Positions 27,660 to 36,778 of a DNA stretch of 64,000 nucleotides are shown piece after piece. Every line of letters begins with the position of its first letter. Positions within the stretch are counted from its first letter, which is position 1. The notes beneath the pieces were generated by a model. It had not been told where the DNA came from and ran no database searches. It was given only the letters and a program-made list of their open reading frames with translations. Source of the DNA: Treponemataceae bacterium (GTDB lineage Bacteria; Spirochaetota; Spirochaetia; Treponematales; Rectinemataceae); contig CAXXVZ010000003.1 of assembly GCA_963678065.2 (NCBI GenBank), positions 1,632,001-1,696,000 of the forward strand, in the 5' to 3' direction. The position numbers were made by a program, and so were the translations under genes.

Positions 27660-30295
27660 AAAAAGCCGAAGCATCCGACAGCCAGATCCGGGCGGAGCGC
27701 GGAATTGACGCGCTCGTGGCCGCCATCGGCCTCGCCGCCGTCTACGCCATCTTCCTCTCCCGCTTCGACCTCAGACTCCTCTTCACCGACACCATCCTGA
27801 CCGGAGGAGATTCGGCTTCCTGGCTCCAGCCCCTCGAACAGCTCAAGAATGAGTACCTCCCGCGCTTCCGGCTTTTCGGCTACAGCCAGTCCAACTTCTT
27901 CGGCTACCTGGAAGGCCAGCATTACTTCATCCTGCCCTTCCTTTCCGCGGCCCTCCTCGGCTACCTCATGCCGCTCACGGTGGCCCTGAAGCTCGTCACC
28001 TTCGCCGGATGCGCCGCCCTGCCCGCCACCATGTATTCCGGCATCAGCTCGATCACCGGTTCGCGGAAGGCCGGCGTCGTGGGTGCGGCGGGCAGTCTCG
28101 TCTTCCTGTTCAACGAATCCTACACGATGTTCGGAGGCAACCTCCTCTCGACCTTCGCGGGCGAATTCTGCTATTCTTGGGCCATAGCCATCCTGCCCCT
28201 CTACATCGCGGCGGTCTGGAGGGACCACAGCCGGGACCGCTACGGAGTGCTCTCGGGCATCCTCCTCGGTCTCATCGGGCTCTGCCACCTCTTCGTCTTC
28301 ATGCCGGCCTTTTTCATGCCCTTCTTCTTTATGTTCGACAGGGACAATCTCCTCGCTCCCCGCGCGGTAAAACAGCAGTCCACAAAGAACGGCCCCCGGC
28401 AGGAAAGCTCTCCCGGAGCGCAGGACTCAACTCTGTCTCCAGGCGCTTTCCCGCCGGGCCCTCCCCTCCTCGCGCAGAGAATCCTCTCGACCTGCATCAC
28501 AGCCTTCCTCGTCATGGCGTTCTGGTTCCTGCCCATGGCGGCTACGAGGACCTGGGCCCAGTCCATCTCCATGATATGGCATTTCGAATCGTTTGCCGAT
28601 TTTTCCCGTCAGACCCTCATGCCTGTCTGGCTTTCGGCCTTGGTCATTCTCTTTCTCATCGCCCTGTTTTCGCGCGGCATCGCAAGGCGGAAAGCCATCT
28701 TTGTCCTCTACGGCATCGGCTCTTGCGCCGTCATGTTCGTGATGGCGCGGTTCCTCGAAATCCCCGACATCCGCTTCGTGCCGCCCGCCCTCATTCTCTC
28801 GGTCTTCGCCCTGTCCATCTGCGCGGGCAGCCTCACGACACTCTTCCACCGGCGATCGCTGGACAAGGCGGGGAGTGTTCTCGCGATCCTGGCCGTAATA
28901 GGGTCCGGTCTCGCCGTTCAGGCGGTTTCCCGCAATTCCCCCGTTTGGTTCGCCTGGAACTACACAGGATACGAATCGAAGCAGGGCTGGAAGAACCTCG
29001 AGGCCATCGCGCGACGATACCGGGGCGGTATCGACTCGGGCAGGATACTCTGGGAGAAGCAGAACCAGCGCGACAACGCCGATTTCGGCTCCGAGCGCGG
29101 CTTCGAGAACCTCTACATGCTGACGGGGATGCCATCGGCGGAGGGAATACACTATGGGTCGAGCTTCATGGCGCGCGCGGTGACCTATCTCCAGAGCGAA
29201 TACTCTCCCGACCCTGTGGACCCGGAAGCATGGCGCCTCTACTCGAAGGTGAACCCGGAAGCCTGGCCGACGCGCTTCACTCAGGCGAACGCCCGCTACA
29301 TCATCACCCATTCGCCGGAAATCACCGCGCTGTTCGCGGGCAGACCGGATTTCAGCCTCGATTTCAAATCGGGCAAGTTTTCGGTCTTCGCGTACCACGG
29401 CTTCCCTTCATCCTATGTCGAAGTGCGGAAAAACGGCGACATCGGGATCGTCGGCGATTCGCCCGCCGGGTTCAAAACCGATTTTTACCGCTTCTATCGC
29501 GACTACGAACTCGTGCAAAAGCCCTTCGTTCCGGCCTCTTTCGCGAAGAAAACCGAGGGCAGCCTGCCGGGCGCGAAGACATGGCGCGATTACGATGAGC
29601 TTCATGACGCACAAGCCATCTCCGCTGCCTGGCGCGATTACGCGGTCTCGCCTTCAATGGGGACGATCCGGAACGAGCACCCCGGCAACTTCCGGATATC
29701 CTTCGATACGGACTCGCCGGGCAGACCGCACATCATCAGGATGTCCTACGCTCCGGGCTGGAAATCCCTTGGAGGCGAGAGAATCCTGCCCGTATCACCC
29801 GGCTTCATGCTCCTGTATCCCGGATCAGGCCATGTCGAGCTGGTCTACGCGCGGAGCATTCCGGAAATCGTCGGTCTGGTCCTCAGCTGCCTTCTGCCCT
29901 TTTTTCTGCTCTTCGCCTTGTGGATTTCGAAGAAGAGGCTGAAACACTACGTCGCCGTCTTCCGCGTCCTCGTCGCCCTCTATATTCTCGTCATAGCGGT
30001 GCTCGTCGGATTGTCGGCCTTCGGCTCCTCGCGCATGATGGCCGACATCCAGAAGGCGAGGAGCCTCGACCTCTCGCGGCCGGACTCGCGAAAAATCGCG
30101 ACGGCTCTCGTCGAGCCCTACACCAGGAAGATCACGCTCGAAAAAAATGACAACCTTCTCGGGTTCGAGGCATTCAGGATCAAGGCGGCGATTCTGAATG
30201 CAGAAGGGAAGCGGGAGGAAGCGCGCGCGATCGTCTCGACGCTGACGAAGCGCTATTCCCACTGCAGGGCGCTCGACTCCCTGCCCGCTCCCTGA
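27656..30295 (+). CDS. Polytopic membrane protein, probable GT-C glycosyltransferase
   Basis: LTGGD, GGNLLSTFAGEF, many TMs, WNYTGYE, SYAPGW, PVSPGFM; third gene after GtrB/GtrA. Confidence 0.78.
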   Translation: MKKAEASDSQIRAERGIDALVAAIGLAAVYAIFLSRFDLRLLFTDTILTGGDSASWLQPLEQLKNEYLPRFRLFGYSQSNFFGYLEGQHYFILPFLSAALLGYLMPLTVALKLVTFAGCAALPATMYSGISSITGSRKAGVVGAAGSLVFLFNESYTMFGGNLLSTFAGEFCYSWAIAILPLYIAAVWRDHSRDRYGVLSGILLGLIGLCHLFVFMPAFFMPFFFMFDRDNLLAPRAVKQQSTKNGPRQESSPGAQDSTLSPGAFPPGPPLLAQRILSTCITAFLVMAFWFLPMAATRTWAQSISMIWHFESFADFSRQTLMPVWLSALVILFLIALFSRGIARRKAIFVLYGIGSCAVMFVMARFLEIPDIRFVPPALILSVFALSICAGSLTTLFHRRSLDKAGSVLAILAVIGSGLAVQAVSRNSPVWFAWNYTGYESKQGWKNLEAIARRYRGGIDSGRILWEKQNQRDNADFGSERGFENLYMLTGMPSAEGIHYGSSFMARAVTYLQSEYSPDPVDPEAWRLYSKVNPEAWPTRFTQANARYIITHSPEITALFAGRPDFSLDFKSGKFSVFAYHGFPSSYVEVRKNGDIGIVGDSPAGFKTDFYRFYRDYELVQKPFVPASFAKKTEGSLPGAKTWRDYDELHDAQAISAAWRDYAVSPSMGTIRNEHPGNFRISFDTDSPGRPHIIRMSYAPGWKSLGGERILPVSPGFMLLYPGSGHVELVYARSIPEIVGLVLSCLLPFFLLFALWISKKRLKHYVAVFRVLVALYILVIAVLVGLSAFGSSRMMADIQKARSLDLSRPDSRKIATALVEPYTRKITLEKNDNLLGFEAFRIKAAILNAEGKREEARAIVSTLTKRYSHCRALDSLPAP

Positions 30296-31401
30296 TCCGC
30301 GCCTTCCACGATGTAGACGACGCCGCGCCAGACCTTCAGGAACTGATCGAGGGCGTATTCGCGGCGCACGGATTCAGGGACCGGGGCGGCGGGGTCGTTG
30401 ACGACGACATAGGGCTTTCCATCCCTCCTCGAGAAACCGCGGACGAGAATGAGGTGCCCCGCCGTGCTCTTGATGGGCGCACCCTCGAGCTCGCCTTCCC
30501 TGAAACGGACGCTCGCTATGACCGGATGCCCTGATTCGAGCTGTCGCGCGATCCGACCGAAATCCCCGAACCAGTCCACGCGGCCCGCAAGTCCGAATCT
30601 CGCGAGCGTCGACGCGTTGAAGGACCAGTTCCCGAAAATTTCCGCGCCATGGTCGTAGCAGAGCTGGGCGAGCCTCTCCGTCGGAACCTCGACGCCGAAA
30701 AACGACAAGGCCATGGCGAGGCTCGTGGGCGAGCATATCCTCGAGGCGATGGAGGGATTCTCCGCCATTTGAGAACGCGGCGATACAGGAAGATCCAGAT
30801 CGCCTGCGGGAAGCTCGCCGGGAAGAAGACCTGATGGGGTGGCCGGCGAGGTCGAGGTGGTCGGAACGACAGGGGACTCGGCCCGCGAGGAAAGTCGCGT
30901 GACGAAGTCGAAGCGCCTGAGGCAGGGCGATTTTCCCTGCGCGCCCTTGAGTCGGAGTCTGTAGCGGACAAGGCTCCTGGGCGACTTCAGGATGAGGGTA
31001 TCCGTCTCGACCCGTCCGAAATCATCTTTCCCCTCGTGACTGCGCGGGCTGCCAGACCAGGTCCCCAGAGGGTACCACATGGACCAGGAGCGCTCGGTCC
31101 AGACCTGGAAATGGATTTCGACGGAGGATTCGCCCGGAACAGCGATGCTCCAGGAGGGTACGAGCCAGTCGAAAGCGGGCATGGAGATGACCTGGGAGGT
31201 AAAGCATCCTTCGACCTGACCCGGGGCGAGGACAAGGCCGGCGGGGTCGACCGCGAGACCCAGCATATCCCCTTCGGAGACGTTCCGCACAGCCGCCACC
31301 GGTTCCAGGCTGTCAGGAGCGTAAAACACTTGACTGTAGTTGTTCACCGCGCAGACATGGCGGGCCATGGGCGCGGGAGGCAAGGATTGAGCTGTGAACA
31401 T
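30253..31401 (-). CDS. Peptidase C39-like family protein
   Basis: SQM...ICSPTSLAM, GNWSFN, GHLILVRGF, VNDPA. Confidence 0.85.
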   Translation of the reverse strand: MFTAQSLPPAPMARHVCAVNNYSQVFYAPDSLEPVAAVRNVSEGDMLGLAVDPAGLVLAPGQVEGCFTSQVISMPAFDWLVPSWSIAVPGESSVEIHFQVWTERSWSMWYPLGTWSGSPRSHEGKDDFGRVETDTLILKSPRSLVRYRLRLKGAQGKSPCLRRFDFVTRLSSRAESPVVPTTSTSPATPSGLLPGELPAGDLDLPVSPRSQMAENPSIASRICSPTSLAMALSFFGVEVPTERLAQLCYDHGAEIFGNWSFNASTLARFGLAGRVDWFGDFGRIARQLESGHPVIASVRFREGELEGAPIKSTAGHLILVRGFSRRDGKPYVVVNDPAAPVPESVRREYALDQFLKVWRGVVYIVEGADQGAGRESSALQWE

Positions 31402-31460
31402 GTCAGCAAATGTACCGCGTCAGGGTGGGCGGGGCAATATTCGGGTCGGACAAACCGGGT

Positions 31461-31497
31461 AAAAAAATGCTGACTGGGGATGCTACCCCAGTCAGCG
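31461..31497 (-). terminator. Intrinsic terminator of the buk-ptb-vor operon
   Basis: GCTGACTGGGG/CCCCAGTCAGC hairpin followed by T7 on the minus strand. Confidence 0.85.
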
Positions 31498-31617
31498 GAC
31501 CCCTTTTCATCGCCCGTCTTTGCAAAGTTGCCAGAACCCGGCACCATCTCCGGCCGGCACAGGGCCAGAGGTGGTACCCGGGAAGGGGCTGAAGGTCGTG
31601 CGAAACCTTCAAGCCTT

Positions 31618-32151
31618 TCAGACAGCCTTTTCTCCTGCTTCGACGGCCGCGATATTCATGGAAATCAAAGAATGCTTGGACGGCGGGAAAAAGCTCACGA
31701 GAATGCTTTCGAGTTTGTCGAGCTTGACCGCTCCCGTGACCCTCGCGAGGGCGCCCATCATGACGAGGTTGGCGATTCTCGTGTCCCCGATGCCGTCCGC
31801 GAGCTCGTTGCAGGGAACCCTGACCACCCGGATGTCCTTGCGGGAGGGTTCCGACTTGATGAGGCTGGAATTGACGACCATGACTCCGCCCGGCTTCAGG
31901 GCCTTCTCGCAGATCGCAAGTGAGTCGGCGTTCATGACGACGACGCTGTCGGCCTGTGTGACGAGGGGACTCGCGATGTCTTCCGTGGACACGATGACGC
32001 TCGCCCTGGCGATGCCGCCGCGCTTCTCGGCCCCGTAGAAGGGGAAGAAGGTCACCTGGAGCCCCTCCTTCATGCCGCAGTACACCCAAAGCTGGCCCAA
32101 AGAGATGATGCCCTGGCCGCCGAAGCCGGCCATGAATGTCTTTTCAGTCAT
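31618..32151 (-). CDS. 2-oxoacid:ferredoxin oxidoreductase gamma subunit
   Basis: AGFGGQG, YGAEKRGG, NLVMMGA. Confidence 0.93.
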   Translation of the reverse strand: MTEKTFMAGFGGQGIISLGQLWVYCGMKEGLQVTFFPFYGAEKRGGIARASVIVSTEDIASPLVTQADSVVVMNADSLAICEKALKPGGVMVVNSSLIKSEPSRKDIRVVRVPCNELADGIGDTRIANLVMMGALARVTGAVKLDKLESILVSFFPPSKHSLISMNIAAVEAGEKAV

Positions 32152-32999
32152 TTCGCCGCCTCCTTCATGGGTTGAAGAGGCGATGCCTCCCTCGTGGCTT
32201 GAGGAGGCGATGCCTCCCCCGCGGGCGCTGCCCCGACGCTGCCGGAAGGACTGTCCTCCAGAGTGTTCTTGATCTCGCCGAGGGGGTAGAAGGGAATCAT
32301 GTTGTCCTCGAGCCACTTCACGGACTCGACGGGCTTCATCGCCCAGTTCGTGGGGCATTGGGAGAGGATTTCCACCATCGTGAAGCCTTCGCCGCGCATC
32401 TGGGCCTCGAAGGCCTTCCGGATGTAGCCCTTCGTCTTGCGGACGTTCGCCGGGTTGTTGACCGATCCGCGGGCGAGGTACTTCGTCCCGCCGAGGGTCG
32501 CGAGCATCTCGCACACTCTGATGGGATAGCCCATGCCGCCCTCGACCGCGTTGCGGCCGTTCGGGGCTGTGGTGGCCTTCTGCCCGATGAGGGTCGTGGG
32601 AGCCATCTGGCCGCCCGTCATTCCGTAGATGGCGTTGTTGACAAAGATGGTGGTGAACTTCTCGCCGCGGTTGGCCGCGTGGATGATCTCGGCCGTGCCG
32701 ATGGCGGCGAGATCGCCGTCGCCCTGGTAACAGATCACCAGGTGGTCGGGAAGCATGCGCTTCACGCCGGTGGCCGCGGCGGGCGTGCGCCCATGGGCGG
32801 GCTGGACGGAGTCGAAGTCGAAGTAGATGTCCGCCCAGATCGAGCATCCGACGGGGTTGGTGATGATCGACCTCGCCTGGAGGCCGAGCTCGTCGATGAC
32901 TTCCGCGATGAGTCTGTGGATGACTCCGTGGCCGCATCCCGGGCAATACTTTGTCTGGATGGGCTTGAGACTCACGGGATGGCCGAATACTGCTTCCAT
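32148..32999 (-). CDS. 2-oxoacid:ferredoxin oxidoreductase beta (TPP-binding) subunit
   Basis: YCPGCGH, GDGDLAAIG, NNAIYGMTGGQ, CPTNW. Confidence 0.94.
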   Translation of the reverse strand: MEAVFGHPVSLKPIQTKYCPGCGHGVIHRLIAEVIDELGLQARSIITNPVGCSIWADIYFDFDSVQPAHGRTPAAATGVKRMLPDHLVICYQGDGDLAAIGTAEIIHAANRGEKFTTIFVNNAIYGMTGGQMAPTTLIGQKATTAPNGRNAVEGGMGYPIRVCEMLATLGGTKYLARGSVNNPANVRKTKGYIRKAFEAQMRGEGFTMVEILSQCPTNWAMKPVESVKWLEDNMIPFYPLGEIKNTLEDSPSGSVGAAPAGEASPPQATREASPLQPMKEAAK

Positions 33000-33014
33000 G
33001 CTTGTCTCCTTGTC

Positions 33015-34082
33015 TCAGGCGCCCAGAAGCCGGAGGGCCTCGGCGAGGACCTCTTCTTCGCTGGGGATGATGCCGCCGCAGCGGCCGTAGAAATCGACCT
33101 TCGCCGCGCCGTTGGCCGCCAACCTGACATCCTCGACCATCTGCCCCATGCTCATCTCGACGCAGAGAAAGCGCTTTCCGGCCTGCGCGAGCTCGGCGAG
33201 GCGCCTGTCGGGGAAGGGCCACAGAGTGACGGGGCGGAAGAGTCCGATCTCGATGCCCAGCTTTTTCGCGGCGAGGATGGCCCCCCAGCAGATCCGCGCG
33301 GAGGAGCCGTAGGCGACGAAAACGAGTTCGGCATTCTCGGTATTGGTCTCCCTGAAGCTGAGGATCTTCTCCTTAACCTGCGCGTAGCGGGCGAATCGCG
33401 CGATGTTCATGAGTTCGAGCTCTTCCGGGACGAGGTTCATGGACGAGACGTGATTGTTCGGGCGGCCAGTTTCAGCCTGGTGCCCGACAGCCCAGGGTTT
33501 GACGGGCAAGGAGGAAAGCTCGCGTTTTTTGGGGAGGACGACGCCCTCCATCATCTGCCCGATGAGACCATCCGCGAGGAGGAGTGTGGGGATGCGCCAC
33601 TCGTCCGCGAGGTCGAAGGCTTCGTAGGTGAGGTCCGCCGCTTCCTGAACGTCCTTGGGCGCGAGGACGATGGTGTGGTAGTCCCCGTGTCCCCCTCCCC
33701 GTGTGGACTGGAAATAGTCGCCCTGCGAGGGCGAAATGCCGCCGAGGCCGGGGCCGGAGCGGGAGATGTTGACGATGACGCAGGGCAGGTCGGCGCCACA
33801 GGCGTAGGAGATGCCCTCCTGCTTGAGGGCGATGCCCGGGCTCGAGGAGCTCGTCATGGCCCTCGCCCCCGTGGAGGCCGCGCCGTAGACCATGTTGATG
33901 GCCGCGACCTCGCTCTCGGCCTGGATGAAAGTTCTGTGGTGGGCGGGCATATGTCTCGCCATGTAGGCGGTGAGTTCGTTCTGCGGAGTGATAGGGTACC
34001 CGAAATACGCCTTGCAGCCGGCCCTGATGGCGGCCTCGGCGATGGCTTCGTTTCCCTTCATCAGGAGTTTTTCTTCAGCCAT
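33015..34082 (-). CDS. vorB: 2-oxoisovalerate:ferredoxin oxidoreductase alpha-type subunit (VorB family)
   Basis: MKGNEA, GYPITPQNE, QAESEVAA, TSSSSPG, DYFQ, VEMSMGQM. Confidence 0.9.
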   Translation of the reverse strand: MAEEKLLMKGNEAIAEAAIRAGCKAYFGYPITPQNELTAYMARHMPAHHRTFIQAESEVAAINMVYGAASTGARAMTSSSSPGIALKQEGISYACGADLPCVIVNISRSGPGLGGISPSQGDYFQSTRGGGHGDYHTIVLAPKDVQEAADLTYEAFDLADEWRIPTLLLADGLIGQMMEGVVLPKKRELSSLPVKPWAVGHQAETGRPNNHVSSMNLVPEELELMNIARFARYAQVKEKILSFRETNTENAELVFVAYGSSARICWGAILAAKKLGIEIGLFRPVTLWPFPDRRLAELAQAGKRFLCVEMSMGQMVEDVRLAANGAAKVDFYGRCGGIIPSEEEVLAEALRLLGA

Positions 34083-34093
34083 GTCCCTTCTCC

Positions 34094-34309
34094 TTACTGC
34101 CTGTATACGGTGATCGCGACATCGGGGCAGACCTGAAAGCAGTTGCCGCAGGCGATGCACTTGTCCTCGGCCATCAGGGTCGAAGGATAGTATCCCCAGG
34201 AATTGGGTTTCGAATCGGGCCCGAGAATCTTGACTGGACAGGCGCGGGCGCACAGGAGGCAGCCCTTGCAGCGCTCTCTGTCGATGACCGGTTTTCCCTT
34301 GTTTGCCAT
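34094..34309 (-). CDS. 2x[4Fe-4S] ferredoxin (delta subunit)
   Basis: CKGCLLCARACP, CIACGNCFQVCPD. Confidence 0.93.
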   Translation of the reverse strand: MANKGKPVIDRERCKGCLLCARACPVKILGPDSKPNSWGYYPSTLMAEDKCIACGNCFQVCPDVAITVYRQ

Positions 34310-34346
34310 TGGGTGACCTCCTCGCGATCGGACGGGGCCGATGCGG

Positions 34347-35252
34347 TCAGCGGGATGCGCTCGCCAGCGCGGCGAACGCTATCGATGCGAGTTTCGTCAG
34401 TGCGCTGTCCGCGCGGCTCGTGAGCACGACAGGTTTGGCGGGTCCCATGAGTATCCCCGCGCCCTTCGCTCCGCCCAGGTCGAGCAGACACTTGTAGAGT
34501 ATGTTGCCGGCCTCTATGTCCGGGGCGACGAGGATGTCCGCGTCGCCGGCCACTTCGGATTCGATTCTCTTGATGCGCGCGCTCTCGGCGCTGACCGCGT
34601 TGTCCAGAGCCAGCGGTCCGTCGACGATACAGTTCTTCACCTGCCCGCGGCGGTTCATCTGGGTTATGACGGCTGCGTCCACCGTGCAGGGCATCCGCGC
34701 GGCGTTCACCTTCTCGATCGCGGCGAGCAAAGCCACCTTGGGCAACGTGACTCCGAGGGCCCTGGCCGCGATGACGGCGTTGGCTATGATGTCGAGTTTG
34801 GCATTCAGGTCCGGATCGATGTTGATGGCCGCGTCCGTCACGAAGAGAAGTTTGTGGTAGCTCGGAACTTCCATGACCGCGACGTGGCTCACGAGGCGCC
34901 CCGTGTTGAGGCCTGTCTCCTTGTCCAGGACGGCCTTGAGGAGGACGGATGTGTCGACGAGGCCCTTCATGAGCATGTCCGCTTTCCCTTCCACGACGAG
35001 TCGCACGCCAAAGACCGCAGCCCTGACAGGATTGGGCTCCGCGAGGATTTCGAAGGGAGAGATGTCGAGCCCGGCCCTCGCGGCGATCGCGCGGATCTTG
35101 TCCGGATCACCTATGAGGATGGGGCGGGCGAGCCCCGCGGCGTAGGCTTCCGTCACAGCCTCGAGAACGGAGGCCTCCTCGGCCGCAACGAGGGCGATCC
35201 TGGCCATTCCCGACTGGCGCGCGGCGGCGATGAGGTCGTCGATAGTCTTCAT
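34347..35252 (-). CDS. ptb: Phosphate butyryltransferase
   Basis: LMKGLVDT, TDAAIN, DGPLALDNA, IEAGNILYK, VLTSRAD. Confidence 0.92.
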   Translation of the reverse strand: MKTIDDLIAAARQSGMARIALVAAEEASVLEAVTEAYAAGLARPILIGDPDKIRAIAARAGLDISPFEILAEPNPVRAAVFGVRLVVEGKADMLMKGLVDTSVLLKAVLDKETGLNTGRLVSHVAVMEVPSYHKLLFVTDAAINIDPDLNAKLDIIANAVIAARALGVTLPKVALLAAIEKVNAARMPCTVDAAVITQMNRRGQVKNCIVDGPLALDNAVSAESARIKRIESEVAGDADILVAPDIEAGNILYKCLLDLGGAKGAGILMGPAKPVVLTSRADSALTKLASIAFAALASASR

Positions 35253-36319
35253 GCGGTGTATTCCAGAACCGCGCCGGGTTCGGAGAGGCCGAGATTGGCA
35301 GCCTCGGCCAGGGCTTCCATCTCTCCCTCGCCCGGATAGACCACGACGGGGGCGATAAATCCGCACATTGTCCGGATACCGTCCTGGACCTCCGCCCCGT
35401 AGGCGATGCCTCCGGTGAGGATGATCGCGTCGACCTGTCCGCCGACGACGGGCGCGAGGGCGCCGATGCTCTTCGCGACCTGGTAGATGAAGGCCTTGTA
35501 GTAAAGTGTCCCCTCGGGGTCCCCGGCGCGGAAGGCTTTTTCCGCCGTGCGCATATCGTTGGAGCCCATGAAGCTGACGAGGCCGCCCTGGCCAGTGATC
35601 ATCTTGAGCACCTGTTTTTCCGTGTACTGCCCGGAAAAGCAGAGCCTGGCGAGCTCGCCCGCGGGGAGTGTGCCGGAACGTTCGGGGCTGAAAGGACCTT
35701 CGCCGGAGAGAGCCTGGTTCACGTCGACGACCCTGCCTCCGCGGTGGAGTCCGACCGAGATTCCGCCGCCCATGTGGGCTACGATGACGTTGACGTCTTC
35801 GTAGCTGCGGCCGTTCTCGCGGCACCAGCGGCGCGCGACCGCCTTCTGGTTGAGGGCGTGGAATATGGATACGCGCCGGAAGAGTTTGTGCCCGGATACC
35901 CGCGCGAGATCGGAGAGTTCGTCGACGACGACAGGGTCCGCGATGAAGGCAGAAAGGTCGAGCTGGGCGGCGAGCCGGGCTGCTATCAAGGCCCCCAGAT
36001 TGGAGGCGTGTTCGCCGTATTTTGCCGCGAGAAGGTCGGCCTTCATCGCCTCGTTGACGCGGTAGACCCCGCCCGGAATGGGTTTGAGGAGGCCTCCCCT
36101 TCCGACGACTGCGGCGAGAGAGCGCATGTCGAAACCTTTGCGGTCCAGGAGCGCCTTGATCTTGTCCTCACGGAACTGGTACTGGGATGCGATGCTCGGA
36201 AAAGCGGCGAGCTCCTCCGCGGAGTGATCGACATTCTCGCTGAACAGTGCCGTATTTCCTTCGTAGACCGCGATTTTTGTCGAGGTGGAACCTGGATTGA
36301 TGACCAATACGGTGTGCAC
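35249..36319 (-). CDS. buk: Butyrate kinase
   Basis: INPGSTSTK, GRGGLL, HASNLG, HALNQKA, HMGGGISV, PERSG. Confidence 0.96.
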   Translation of the reverse strand: MHTVLVINPGSTSTKIAVYEGNTALFSENVDHSAEELAAFPSIASQYQFREDKIKALLDRKGFDMRSLAAVVGRGGLLKPIPGGVYRVNEAMKADLLAAKYGEHASNLGALIAARLAAQLDLSAFIADPVVVDELSDLARVSGHKLFRRVSIFHALNQKAVARRWCRENGRSYEDVNVIVAHMGGGISVGLHRGGRVVDVNQALSGEGPFSPERSGTLPAGELARLCFSGQYTEKQVLKMITGQGGLVSFMGSNDMRTAEKAFRAGDPEGTLYYKAFIYQVAKSIGALAPVVGGQVDAIILTGGIAYGAEVQDGIRTMCGFIAPVVVYPGEGEMEALAEAANLGLSEPGAVLEYTA

Positions 36320-36446
36320 GCTGTCCTCCCGGAGGGGGTGTCTGTCTCAAGGATAGTATAACACTGATTTGTATCCTGGCAAGAGGAAAATTGCAATAGT
36401 CAAAAACACGTTTTATTTATTGAAACGACACTGTGGCGACGAAGCG

Positions 36447-36475
36447 AAAAAAAGGGCTGTCCGAACGGACAACCC
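36447..36475 (-). terminator. Intrinsic terminator after the bS22-like gene
   Basis: GGGTTGTCC-GTTC-GGACAGCCC-TTTTTTT on the minus strand. Confidence 0.85.
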
Positions 36476-36497
36476 CATCTGGTCAAGCAGTACGACG

Positions 36498-36590
36498 CTA
36501 CTTCCTTGTCTTGTGACGATTTGCTCTCTTCTTCTTCTTGCGTTTGTGCGTCGCTATCTTCTTGAGCTTTCTTTTCCTTCCGCAGGGCAC
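36498..36590 (-). CDS. 30-aa basic protein, ribosomal protein bS22 (AURKAIP1/COX24) family
   Basis: AAGGAGAG RBS, GTG start; MPCGRKRKLKKIATHKRKKKKRANRHKTRK; followed by terminator. Confidence 0.88.
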   Translation of the reverse strand: MPCGRKRKLKKIATHKRKKKKRANRHKTRK

Positions 36591-36778
36591 TGTAGCTCTC
36601 CTTTAGTGCGAGTTGGACCGCTCACCGGGGTGACAGAGGTATCTTCCGATGATACTACACGTCAGAAAAGGAATCGTCAATAGGTCGGACCGGACGCAGG
36701 TCCATTTGCTGCGCGGTCAATCTGCCGCGCGGCCGCTCGCCGCGAGGTTGCCTGCCCCGTGGCCACTTACTGCGCGCG

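Noticed and set aside
30253..30295. 43-bp convergent overlap as antisense regulation
   Set aside because: Short 3' overlaps are common in compact high-GC genomes
31618..33222. 534-aa ORF as a fused subunit
   Set aside because: Only 31618-32151 resembles the gamma subunit; the rest overlaps beta and alpha out of frame
32136..34136. 666-aa plus-strand ORF
   Set aside because: Antisense shadow of the vor genes
36369..36683. 104-aa plus-strand ORF
   Set aside because: The opposite strand holds the bS22-like gene with RBS and terminator
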